The notes under the pieces: generated by a model
The model's input: the letters and a program-made list of their open reading frames with translations, nothing else
What the model was told of the DNA's origin: nothing
The model's database searches: none
Shown: positions 1-10,000 of the stretch, piece after piece
Numbering within the stretch: the first letter of the stretch is position 1
Layout of the letters: every line of letters begins with the position of its first letter
From: Giardia intestinalis
Taxonomy: Eukaryota
Strand: one strand, 5' to 3'
Assembly: GCA_000002435.2 (NCBI GenBank)
Contig: CM018792.1
DNA length: 64,000 bases
Program-made: the position numbers and the translations under genes

Positions 1-64
1 GCAAGGTGTATCAACAAAGTGTGAGCTAAATATAAAAAAGATACGGAGACCATGGGAAAAGAGG

Positions 65-685
65 ATGCGTGGGCACGTAGGCAGCTATAGGTACGCAGAA
101 AAAGACCCACACGCACGCCCTGGGCCCACCACAGAAGAGAGCAGTGACAATACAGGAAACAGAGTCGAGTATCGGGGGGCTCGAGCCCTCTCCAACAGCG
201 AGATACTCGAGATGTTTGCCACTGAGCTACAGGAAGCGCAGGCATGGTGGAGAGCTAACAGTGAAGCGATCTTAGAAAGCCTAGCGAATGCAGACCAGGA
301 GCCTGCTCCAAAACGCGTCTTGCGCAAAGAAGAAAAGGCATTTGTGGAGGCGAAGCAATACCTTAACCGCTCTATTTATGCTAAATATAAGACAGAGCTC
401 CATAATGTCCGTGTTTCTCGACGAGGACTTCTTGTTTATGATCCAAAGGTTCACGAGCGCATGCTACGGACAGAAGACTATGCAGTTATCAAACCTGTAC
501 TTCTTAATCAGTTAGACCCCGAAGAGCTGGAGAAACTGTTTGGGACAGATAGTGGAATACTAGACGAACTGGGCGCTGTCATTGGTGCTTCACGATTCTA
601 TGCACGCGAGGATATGGAGGACACAGATTCCATTGATGCAGATCGTGAATCTAGCAATTCAGAGGAGGATGACTGCCATAAGTGA
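65..685 (+). CDS. hypothetical protein (206 aa), acidic C-terminus
   Basis: Complete ORF with normal amino-acid complexity. The stop overlaps an AGTGAAT poly(A)-signal-like heptamer. No recognisable domain. Confidence 0.45.
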   Translation: MRGHVGSYRYAEKDPHARPGPTTEESSDNTGNRVEYRGARALSNSEILEMFATELQEAQAWWRANSEAILESLANADQEPAPKRVLRKEEKAFVEAKQYLNRSIYAKYKTELHNVRVSRRGLLVYDPKVHERMLRTEDYAVIKPVLLNQLDPEELEKLFGTDSGILDELGAVIGASRFYAREDMEDTDSIDADRESSNSEEDDCHK

Positions 686-687
686 AT
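681..687 (+). promoter_or_regulatory. putative poly(A) signal AGTGAAT (Giardia AGTRAAY consensus) overlapping stop codon of ORF 65-685
   Basis: The heptamer AGTGAAT at 681-687 overlaps the TGA stop at 683-685. This matches the known AGTRAAY 3'-end signal of Giardia genes. Confidence 0.3.
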
Positions 688-700
688 TTAAGCTTCAGCT

Positions 701-1570
701 ATGATCAACTTTGTCTTTCGGGTCTATAGCGGGCTCCGGTCATTCCTCCAATCTGTTCGGCTGTGCACGTACGTGTTCCTGGACAGCATGGCAAACGTTT
801 TCTACCCATATATGTGGAGTCTCGATACAAGAATTCGATCTCTCGCACACGTGCCAAAGCACATCTTCTTCACAGGAGGGCTAAACAATCACAATGCGAG
901 CAAGCGCGCATCACACGCGCGCCGCCTGAGCGCCATCCTCGCAGCTGCTATTGATGGTGGCGTGAAGCTTTTCACCTTATACTCTTCCCATGAGCTCTGG
1001 CACTTTGAGGAAATAAATGCGCTCCTCCTGTCACTAACAAACGAATTGAAGCGTCTAGGGTATACGCCATTCATCTCGTTGGCCGTTAAGACAGTGGATA
1101 CCCAGCTCTTTAAAAGTGGTGCAGAGAGCACTGAAAGTGACGATGAAAGTGACGGCCTACTGACTCCGCTTAACATTCTGCTGCTAAGCCCAGCAGCAAG
1201 GCCTGGCAATTTTTCTCGAGCTGATGCCATCATTCAGTTACTAGACATTCGTAATTCGCATGGCTCGTATATATCGCACCTGGCACAATACGCAGGAAAA
1301 GACTTTTCATACAGCAATATGGTAGAGGGCTTTCATGGCCTGGCTATGGATACATCTGGGCACTTTATAGGGTATCCAGACCTGTACCTTTCCTTTTCAA
1401 AGTACCAGATACCACAAGTCCACAATTGTATGCCTTGGATGCTGCGGTGTGCAATGATTTTCATGTGTCCGCCGATCAGGCACTACAACGTGCAGTCGTT
1501 CTGGCGAGATTTAGTCAGGTACAACAGGGCACGGCAGCGCCGCGCAGACATAACCAAGAACCTAGATTAG
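701..1570 (+). CDS. hypothetical protein (289 aa)
   Basis: Long ORF tightly packed between neighbouring genes. No recognisable motif. Confidence 0.4.
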   Translation: MINFVFRVYSGLRSFLQSVRLCTYVFLDSMANVFYPYMWSLDTRIRSLAHVPKHIFFTGGLNNHNASKRASHARRLSAILAAAIDGGVKLFTLYSSHELWHFEEINALLLSLTNELKRLGYTPFISLAVKTVDTQLFKSGAESTESDDESDGLLTPLNILLLSPAARPGNFSRADAIIQLLDIRNSHGSYISHLAQYAGKDFSYSNMVEGFHGLAMDTSGHFIGYPDLYLSFSKYQIPQVHNCMPWMLRCAMIFMCPPIRHYNVQSFWRDLVRYNRARQRRADITKNLD

Positions 1571-1587
1571 CACAAAGAGCCCTTTAC

Positions 1588-3174
1588 TCACTTCTTACGC
1601 TGGCTTGGAGGAACGTACTTCTTTGTTTCTGTCTTAATGGCCGACAGATAAACCCCTTCCACTTCCTCAGCAAGCCCCACTGCGGCATAGTCTGCCTTAC
1701 AATAAGGTATAAAGTAGGCACTAGACAGAGCTTCAAATGGCTGCGCAGCCAGTGATTTTAGATTCATATCAAAGATCTCGATGCCGTTATCGACAGTGAA
1801 TCTGGGCTTTGTGACCAGATACAAGAGTACATCTCCTCTGGGAGAAAATAGTGCATGCGTCCTAGAGTGGATGGTCCCTTTCGCCAAATACTTCGGCTCA
1901 TTGTTGATTATTGGCCGGAGTATTCTAGAGTCCCCGTTCATCCCTGCCTCGCCTCGCAAAAGAAGGTACCTCCCGGCTACGTCCCAACTTGTTGAGTTGG
2001 TTGGCATATTGCCAAAATTGATGTCCTTCTGAAGCTCTGCCGATGCGTTTTTGCGATCCAAATTAGTGAGCATAACCACATAGCTGCATACTTTGGGGGG
2101 AACCACCCCATAGATCACGACGAACATTTCGGTTAGTACCTTTAGAGAGTCAATCTTGCCCGAAGCCAGAGCGCTTCGATCGGCAGGGGCTAAGGGCCTG
2201 ATGCTGAAATCATGAACGTAGCTTTTACCATCTGTGATCAATGTTATAGCCTTGTTGATAATGCAATAATGCCTCAGTATCGTGCCTCCGTAGTAATTGT
2301 TGGCCTTTGAAGTGTCTACGTCTGTCTTCTCTAGGAGAAGGAACCAGGCGCCAGACTCACTTGGCTTGAAGACAAATACGTCGCATGTGGCTGTCATACA
2401 GTACATGTATGGCTTTGCCATGATCTTGTCAGCGATTTCCATTGGCTTGGTGCTGGTGGTGCGACCTGTCTCGACCTCTGCTGATGAGAGCTCGACAAAT
2501 TGAGAGAGTTTGTAGACGATAGCATAGCCGGACGAACCCCCCTGCGACGGGATACACACAATGACGCTATACTTATCCAGGCTATCGGACGGGACTTTGA
2601 GGGACAAGGTAAAGTGATAAGCAGTAAGCCTCCATGGTTGGTCTCTCGGGATGGCACTCACGTATCCGTAATCCTTCAATGATCTAGACGCCAGATCATA
2701 TTGTTTGAGGCACAAAAGCCAACCATCTTGAAAGAGTACATAGTCCTCGTCCTCGCTCAGGCAGTACGGCCAGGACATACTTCGGAAACCTGCGAGTCGT
2801 ATGGTTGAATGCATACTGGCAACGATGGTCCCGCTCAATGCATCCACTAATAGGAAGTTGTCTAGTGGTCGCTGAACATTGCAGTGCAGTTGGATTAATG
2901 TTCCATAGTGAGATAGAGTGAACGACTCAATGGGGTGAGGCATGGTGTGGGTGACCTCCTTCAGAAGGATGTCTCGCTTGAGCGTCGATTCGTATACGCG
3001 ACATGTTATCTCCTGCTGCCCTGTCAGAAAGACTAACATGAGGTTGTCGGATCTTGTGATGGCGGCCGAGCACTTCACCTGTTGCTGGGACAGTGTTTGT
3101 GTCAACACAAGCCTTTTTCCATCAAAAGACCAAACCTGAGCACCGTCCGCAGAATTGGTGATAATGGGCTGCAT
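1588..3174 (-). CDS. hypothetical protein (528 aa), possibly beta-rich/propeller-like
   Basis: Uninterrupted 528-aa ORF followed (upstream on its strand) by an AT-rich intergenic region 3175-3372. No domain recognised with confidence. Confidence 0.5.
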   Translation of the reverse strand: MQPIITNSADGAQVWSFDGKRLVLTQTLSQQQVKCSAAITRSDNLMLVFLTGQQEITCRVYESTLKRDILLKEVTHTMPHPIESFTLSHYGTLIQLHCNVQRPLDNFLLVDALSGTIVASMHSTIRLAGFRSMSWPYCLSEDEDYVLFQDGWLLCLKQYDLASRSLKDYGYVSAIPRDQPWRLTAYHFTLSLKVPSDSLDKYSVIVCIPSQGGSSGYAIVYKLSQFVELSSAEVETGRTTSTKPMEIADKIMAKPYMYCMTATCDVFVFKPSESGAWFLLLEKTDVDTSKANNYYGGTILRHYCIINKAITLITDGKSYVHDFSIRPLAPADRSALASGKIDSLKVLTEMFVVIYGVVPPKVCSYVVMLTNLDRKNASAELQKDINFGNMPTNSTSWDVAGRYLLLRGEAGMNGDSRILRPIINNEPKYLAKGTIHSRTHALFSPRGDVLLYLVTKPRFTVDNGIEIFDMNLKSLAAQPFEALSSAYFIPYCKADYAAVGLAEEVEGVYLSAIKTETKKYVPPSQRKK

Positions 3175-3372
3175 TAAAGTCGATTGGATTTTAAGTTAAA
3201 ACGTCATGTCTACCTAAGCATTTCAAGCACGTTAGCATTATTACCTTGTTATTACTTTGTAATTTTATTATAAATTGCAAGTTTTCCAAAGAAAAGACTC
3301 TAAAGCAGTATTCCTTTTGGGTGCATCTAAAGAGGAGAACCTGCCCTACTACTTGGCGTCAAATCCTCCTCG

Positions 3373-3702
3373 TTGCTTACCCTATCAATGGAAGAGACTG
3401 CAGAGTCGTTTTTGTCACAGTATAAAAGACTTGAATCTGCCAAAGCACCCTCGAGTGAGGGCGCCAGAAGGTTTCGCCTGGCTGTTTTGGCACAGTGCAT
3501 AGCATCGGAGCAGTCTGATGTGGACATGTTGTCACTCTTTCACGCCTGCCTTCACGCTCAGCCCCCAACCACTTCGGCAGAGAAGGCTGTTTACGACCTT
3601 GCATGCGACCTGGACCGTGCCGCTTCCCAGGCTGTGTCTGGTGACCAAACCATAGATGCTACCATGGAAGTTGAACGCCTCTTGAGTCAATTCATTCCAT
3701 AG
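3373..3702 (+). CDS. hypothetical protein (109 aa); possibly N-terminal part of a longer gene interrupted by in-frame TAG
   Basis: ORF in frame 1. The next ORF (3718-4101) is in the same frame and separated only by one TAG plus 15 nt. Confidence 0.35.
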   Translation: MLTLSMEETAESFLSQYKRLESAKAPSSEGARRFRLAVLAQCIASEQSDVDMLSLFHACLHAQPPTTSAEKAVYDLACDLDRAASQAVSGDQTIDATMEVERLLSQFIP

Positions 3703-3717
3703 AGGCAAAAAGATTTT

Positions 3718-4101
3718 ATGGAGCTGCGAGCCCCCGATGTCATGGATGCCATCTTGGTATTACTACGTAGCATGAGAATCGAGAGCATCACGACAGAGGC
3801 CATGAATAGACTTCTTTCCGTCGTTGAGGTCATTACAGAGGATGCTGGGGATGTGTGGCGTGGAAGCAGGGACAACTTCTCAAACAGTTTGTTCGGCGCC
3901 ATGAGGAAATACGGAGCATCAACTTCTTCTTTAAAGGAGCACTTCCATTACTTTAGCAAACTGGAGCCGCCGGATCAACAGGGACTTAACTCATCCATCT
4001 TCATTTCTTCCTCATTCAATGATTCTCTCGAGCCTCACCGCAAGCTATTCTTCGCTCCATCGTATCAGGAATTTTTACAATGCATCAGCAAACAGCAGTA
4101 G
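3718..4101 (+). CDS. hypothetical protein (127 aa); possibly continuation of 3373-3702
   Basis: Same reading frame as 3373-3702. The ATG lies 5 codons after the in-frame TAG. Confidence 0.35.
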   Translation: MELRAPDVMDAILVLLRSMRIESITTEAMNRLLSVVEVITEDAGDVWRGSRDNFSNSLFGAMRKYGASTSSLKEHFHYFSKLEPPDQQGLNSSIFISSSFNDSLEPHRKLFFAPSYQEFLQCISKQQ

Positions 4102-4274
4102 ATTTTTAAACGACTTAGAACTACGTTCAGTGCTGTGGCCTATGTGTAGGTAGGTCTCGACATGAAGCTCCCTGTGTATTTTTTTCTCCTGTGTGTGAAC
4201 TAATTTGTTTCCTTTGTTTGCTAAGCTTATCTTAGCAGGTTAACCAGAACATTGAAAACTCAAAAATTAGGATC

Positions 4275-6953
4275 ATGAACACACCTACCAAGGGGGCATC
4301 TCAGCGAAAAATCGGATCCGATGAGATGACGGGGTCACCGCGCATCACTAGTGCGATGATGATAAGTGAGCAGGACATTATGTCTGCTGCTGAGCGACTG
4401 GCGCAGGAAAATAATACGCTTGTTTGCTCTGAGTTAAACAAGATAGCTTCATTGTCATCTTGCACGCTGTCTCCCTCTATCACTGCCCATGTTCTTGGCA
4501 TGTTAGACACCATTGTCGAAGGCTGTGCTATCGGAGAGTCCATGACAATTAAGATGCTGTCTCCTCCATCCGAGGCGGATGCAAATGTGCCTAGGTCTCC
4601 GTTGCCCAAAACACCCGCACGCCTCAGTTCGTCAACTACTTCCATTCGCTCTCCACTGGCTGCCTCTCTTTCAAGCAGTCAGGGCGCATCGCTTGCGTCT
4701 CCTCTGCAGCGAGGCTCAGATGCGTTGTATGATGCCATGCACTCTCCCCTATTCTTTCCTGGCGCAAGTCCGGCCCGTCAATCTGCCAATGCTGACAGCC
4801 TCACTATAACAGAGGCGATAGAAGTAGAGTTCTCCGGGGGGATATACGAAGAAACAGACGAGTTGAAGAAGTCCCACAATGCCATGTCCTTCTTAACATC
4901 TTCACAACACCTCGTTACGACAGATGAGCATGCTAACACTGCACCCGAGGATACAGAGATCATAGAGCTCAAGGACGATGTAGACTACTCCCATCATTAC
5001 GCAAAAGTGGAGCTGAATCTTACAGACGAGCAACTTGTGCAGCTCGCTGCTGACGCTGCAGAGATACCAGACCTCCGTCTGAAGTATCATATCAGGAGAC
5101 CATCGGAGCAGGAAATAGTGCGCTCCTGCAGGTTCTGCTTCGACAACTCGAGATGCAGTAAGCTCAAGCTTCATCGCTCGTCGGCCCCTGATTTCTGTAA
5201 GACGTGTACAGATAGAACACAATTTGAGCTGAGTTGTATCAATAGACTGTCGCAGATTTTTCACAGAGGGATCTCTCTGTTTTCTGTCGTTGATAGCGAG
5301 CTTCTTACACCCGACTTAGACTCTATGTACTCGCGTTTGATGGCAGACATTGTAACGATTTACGAGATACCAGATGTCTCATTCTTACATAAGTGCGCTG
5401 CCACAATGGCTGGGCTCAGTGATAATGCTTTTCGGAAGGAGGTTGTGCAGCCATCTCTCTTACACTGCAAGCAGGCCATGGGGATTCAGGGCGATGGACC
5501 CGTGACCGAGCCTGGAGTACGGTCTCAAAAAGACAAGAAGCAGGGTGCCATGTTGGTGATGGCTGAACTTATATGCGAGGGCATCTTTGGCGTTCCAGGC
5601 TTTTTGGCATTCCCTCTCTTTGCTAGAATACGCTCTGAATACAGACACATGCATCCTTGCTATCTAGATAACATAGACAAGTTTCCTGTTCCGGAGACTA
5701 TACGCTCTCAGATACTCTTGGACGCGCCAGCAGAGAACAACACTTATACAAAATTGACAAGCTATAAATTCCTCAAACAAGCTGAAAACTTCAATATCTA
5801 CTCTGTCACGCTAGACCAAATAAGGGCCTTCTACTCCGAAAACATCATGGGGCGTTCGACGAATACACGGCTCTTTAACTGTCTTAAGTTAGGGAAAGCA
5901 CACGCCATCGTGGAGGATGATCTGATGGCATTCATGGCAGGTGTGTGCAGGTACCATCCGGCTCTAGAATTTCTTCGTGCTACTCCCGAATTTCAGGTCC
6001 AGTATTCCATCACGGTTGTCACCCGCATATTCTATCTCCTTGACAGGACGTTTAAGCAGCATATAACTCACCACGATCTTACTATCAATAAATTTATAAA
6101 TACGCTCTGGCTTCTTCAACGAGAGCCAGACATTAACCGTGTCTTAAAGTATTTCTCTTATGAGCACTTCTACGTCATATTCTGCAAGTTCTGGGAGCTA
6201 GACACCGATCACGACCAACTTATTTCAGCGCAAGATCTGTATAGGTACGGAATACACACCTGTCCATTTCCGTACATCTGCAAATGCGGAAAAACTGATG
6301 GCACGTGCATGTGTAACAGAGTGTACAATCCCAAAGTTGTCGATAGGATCTTTGCAGAAATACCTAGACCGTTCAGGTCGAATGTACCCGGCAAAATGAG
6401 CTACAAAGACTTTATTCCGTTTATTCTAGCAGAAGAGGATAAGGATTCAGACCCTGCACTAGACTACTTTTTCTCGCTTATGGATGTTGACGGTGATGGG
6501 TACATTTCCACCGAGGATATCATGCACTTCTGCCCTGATATGGAGAATATGTACCATTGCCACAAGAGGGATACCAATAGACAGAAAGACATCATGTGCC
6601 AAATGGTTGACATGGCCAAACACACACAACACTGTGTGGGGGAGGGGTTCTATCACCAAGACCAACGAATTAGCAAACGAGACGTACGCAGGTGCAAGAC
6701 ACAGGGTAACCTCTTCAACGTCTTCTTCAACTTCACAAAGGCAGTCCAATTTGAGTGCAAAGATCCCTACACAATTAGATATAGCCCCCATATGTTCGAG
6801 AAAACAACATGGGAGCGGTTTGCCCGCATTATCTATGATTCCCTAGAGGGAATGGAGGAAACGGCGCAGGAGGTATACGAAGAGCCAGAGCCACTTGGAG
6901 ATGATCTGGCGGCAGATACAATCATCCTAGACGCTGACGCGTTAGATGTTTGA
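4275..6953 (+). CDS. protein phosphatase 2A regulatory subunit B'' (PR72/PR130 family), EF-hand containing, with ~500-aa N-terminal extension
   Basis: The C-terminal half carries the B''-family signature blocks 'FSYEHFYVIFCKFWELDTDHD' and 'YFFSLMDVDGDGYISTEDIMHF' (EF-hand loop DxDGDG). An A-rich initiator-like stretch 'aaaactcaaaaattaggatcATG' precedes the start. Confidence 0.8.
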   Translation: MNTPTKGASQRKIGSDEMTGSPRITSAMMISEQDIMSAAERLAQENNTLVCSELNKIASLSSCTLSPSITAHVLGMLDTIVEGCAIGESMTIKMLSPPSEADANVPRSPLPKTPARLSSSTTSIRSPLAASLSSSQGASLASPLQRGSDALYDAMHSPLFFPGASPARQSANADSLTITEAIEVEFSGGIYEETDELKKSHNAMSFLTSSQHLVTTDEHANTAPEDTEIIELKDDVDYSHHYAKVELNLTDEQLVQLAADAAEIPDLRLKYHIRRPSEQEIVRSCRFCFDNSRCSKLKLHRSSAPDFCKTCTDRTQFELSCINRLSQIFHRGISLFSVVDSELLTPDLDSMYSRLMADIVTIYEIPDVSFLHKCAATMAGLSDNAFRKEVVQPSLLHCKQAMGIQGDGPVTEPGVRSQKDKKQGAMLVMAELICEGIFGVPGFLAFPLFARIRSEYRHMHPCYLDNIDKFPVPETIRSQILLDAPAENNTYTKLTSYKFLKQAENFNIYSVTLDQIRAFYSENIMGRSTNTRLFNCLKLGKAHAIVEDDLMAFMAGVCRYHPALEFLRATPEFQVQYSITVVTRIFYLLDRTFKQHITHHDLTINKFINTLWLLQREPDINRVLKYFSYEHFYVIFCKFWELDTDHDQLISAQDLYRYGIHTCPFPYICKCGKTDGTCMCNRVYNPKVVDRIFAEIPRPFRSNVPGKMSYKDFIPFILAEEDKDSDPALDYFFSLMDVDGDGYISTEDIMHFCPDMENMYHCHKRDTNRQKDIMCQMVDMAKHTQHCVGEGFYHQDQRISKRDVRRCKTQGNLFNVFFNFTKAVQFECKDPYTIRYSPHMFEKTTWERFARIIYDSLEGMEETAQEVYEEPEPLGDDLAADTIILDADALDV

Positions 6954-7037
6954 CCCTATCGAACGCTGACAACTCAGATAGAGTAGATCATGTAAATAGG
7001 CAGTTCTCCACACAAGTGCATGTGTGCACACCTCTGG

Positions 7038-10000
7038 TCACATGACTCTCATTTCAGCACTCAGGCTTTCGAGATAGATAAGCTCTATTTGTCTGGACAG
7101 GGGTAGGTCCCTGCAAACCTTAAAGAAATGGAAGAATGATGTCTGAAGGGCAAAAAGCTGAGGGCGCATTAGAGTGGTAGCGAAGACTGAGTCACGATCG
7201 CTAGTATAGTACAAGAGAGGCATGGATCCATGCGGCAAAATGGATGAAGCAACGCTCAGTGGAAAGGTGTGCTCAATAATGTACTGCAGTAGGGTGCTCA
7301 CGTGCTTGTATAGTTTTTCAGATGGAGGGATGGCATGGAAGTGAAGATAGTTGTATTCTACGTGCGCCAGAACGTTTTTGATGAGAGAAATGCACTTCTT
7401 CAGCGTTGACACAGACTCCATATAAAGTGAAAGCGTAAATAATGCTGTGTTGAAGAGAAACTGGTGTAGAGATGTAGAGTCAATAGTAACAAGGAACTCC
7501 TGATTAGATTTATTGTAGGAGTAAAACACAGATAGTTGTTCCAGGGCCAATGCAGCTTCTTCGCGCTTGGATTGGGGAAAGGAGCTTATGATAGAGATCA
7601 GTTCAGAGTCTATATTTCCATAAGCAAATAATTCAAAAGATGAGACCACAGAGGTCGATTGGGCCCTATTATTGGAGGAAGCGTCCGCTGAATAGCGATT
7701 TGAGTAGGGTAGAAAGCGAGAGATTATCAAATACAAAACATCGTCGTCGATAACATCTTTAAACATAGGATAATTGTTGTAGATTGCAAGTGTGAGGATG
7801 AGGTGCAGCTGTGGATATGCCTCTAATCTGAGCACAGCACATGAAACAGCCGCTATGCTTAGTGATTCTGCTAAATTGCCTGCCTCGGTCAATAAAAGGC
7901 TTATATAAAGCGTAAGTATAATAGAAAGACACAAAGACAACGTTTTGGGACCAAATGTTCCCACAGAGCACGAAGAAACAAATGCGTTAGACAGTTGCAC
8001 AGATAGAAGCCTACAAAGGCCTTCCTGGTCCGAAGACTGTTTCAGAAGCTCGTACAGACAAGTAAAGATGGAGGTGAACACGGCCTCATTGGAAAGCGCA
8101 TATGAAAAGAGCGTGCTCAAGCATGCTTCTGTTTTAAGATAAGAATCTTGCCGCTGAGTGTTGCACTTGCAAACCAGCTCCTTGGCTAAGCGCACCGGAA
8201 TTTCATTGAGCGCCTTTTCAATCTCAGGTCGAGATTGCTCTGCCCCTTCTTCTACAGATATGATCATACTTATCAAAGTAATGGCGTTGATTATTATTCG
8301 AGTGGCAATCTCAATGCTTTCCGTAAGACGTGGAAGAAGAGAGAAAACTGTGGAACAAAGGTCTAACAGCACTGCAGACGACTGACAGCTTGCTTTTCCA
8401 TCGATAACTAGCAATGAAAGAATGTCTTCAAGAAGAGCCGTCAGAGACAGCATAGCGTCTTCGTCCCCTAAATCTGATAGCAAGGAAAGCCAAGGACTAT
8501 GCTCCAGGCTCTTTTGAAAGATCTCTGGGAAAAATGAGTCCATCAATGGATATTGCATAATTCTGGAGAACAGCTCCTCAAAGGATAAGTTAGTGGCTTT
8601 TGTGACACCATCATCACTGTGCATCAACTGGACGTCATCTGGCTTCATGCCCATACAGAAAAGTCTGATAGAGTCATCCACCATGGACAGGCCCGTAGCC
8701 ACAGAGAGTGAATGCGTCAGCGAAATAAATGCACGAATCACTTGTATCTTCAAGGGATAGGCTGCAGAAGATACTACACTCATGCAGGAGGTGAAGAAGA
8801 TGTGATGGCAAGAAACGATTGTTGCAGCCGGGGACGAGGTAGCCTTGCGAGATGTACTGGGAGAACAAGTGATCAAGATTGATATGGATTTGAAGAGCAC
8901 ATCGCGTGTCAGGACCAGTATATCGACTGGAGTACAGACAGACAAGTAGCTCCCCACTATTTTGCAAAGAAGCTCGACTATCTTGATGCGCATAACAGAA
9001 ATAGGTGTAGAGCAGAGACGAACGACACGAAGAAGCCCTATGCACCAGAGTTCTTTAAAGCAATCGTCACTTTGAGATCCAGAACATGTCAAAACGCTTT
9101 CATATACCTGCAAGTACTCTATAGCATCCACCAGTTTAGAATCCAAGAAATCAAAAAGTCTGTGCAGTATCAGGAAGTAGGCATGCAGGAATTTGTCTGC
9201 AAAAGTAGAAACTCGATCGAGCGCATGGTAATTGCTCAATATAGAGGCTAGGAGGCCTACACAATTCTGGTGTATCTTCATCACAGCCTGACTTGGGAGC
9301 TTGTCCTGACAAAGGATGGGTATATACATTATAATCTGTGACACTAACGTTAATTGGAGCAGAATCCTGCTTTCATTAGCGGCCGTAGAGTCACTGCCAG
9401 GGGTGGCATTGGGAAGAATAGTCATTGATGGCTTATAGTCATCTGTTAGCGCCAGACACAACTGTGAAAGCGTGCACAGAAACGTTTCTGTGGAAGCCAA
9501 CAATCCGAGTAGTGAATGAAGCTTTCTGAATGAGGACGGGAACAGAAGCAGCAGATCATCACGTCCAAATAGAGACTGAGTAGTTAAGGAATCTATCAGC
9601 TGTTCCTTTATCTCGGAAGACATATCAAACTCATCAAGAGACCGTAATGTCAGTGCCCCCAGAAGCAGTCCATAACCAAACAACAACGATAGGTCCTTTT
9701 CGTTAATCTCAATCAATCCATCATAAAATTGAGCATTGAAAGACTCACATACGCGTGCCATGGCAGCCGACTCTAGCAACCTTTGTCGCCACTCTGGCCA
9801 CTTTGAATCGTGGGAGATGCGAAAGAGCAGGCGTGCTTGAGTCTGAATGCAGATGGAGGTGAATTCCTCAACTGACGAAGCGCTCCTCTGAAGACTTTTT
9901 CTTTTTCGTTCATCAATAACTGAAAATAAAACAGAATTGCAATCCAATGAATTCGAATTCAATTTGCTTGATATTTCTTGTCCCAATAATATTGTTTCGT

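Noticed and set aside
889-1233. Small antisense or alternate-frame ORFs (60-140 aa) embedded in long genes throughout the window (e.g. 889-1233, 8674-9045, 30712-31131, 32407-32886)
   Set aside because: They are fully contained within longer ORFs that have coherent protein features. They have no independent AT-rich initiator context and are expected by chance at ~50% GC.
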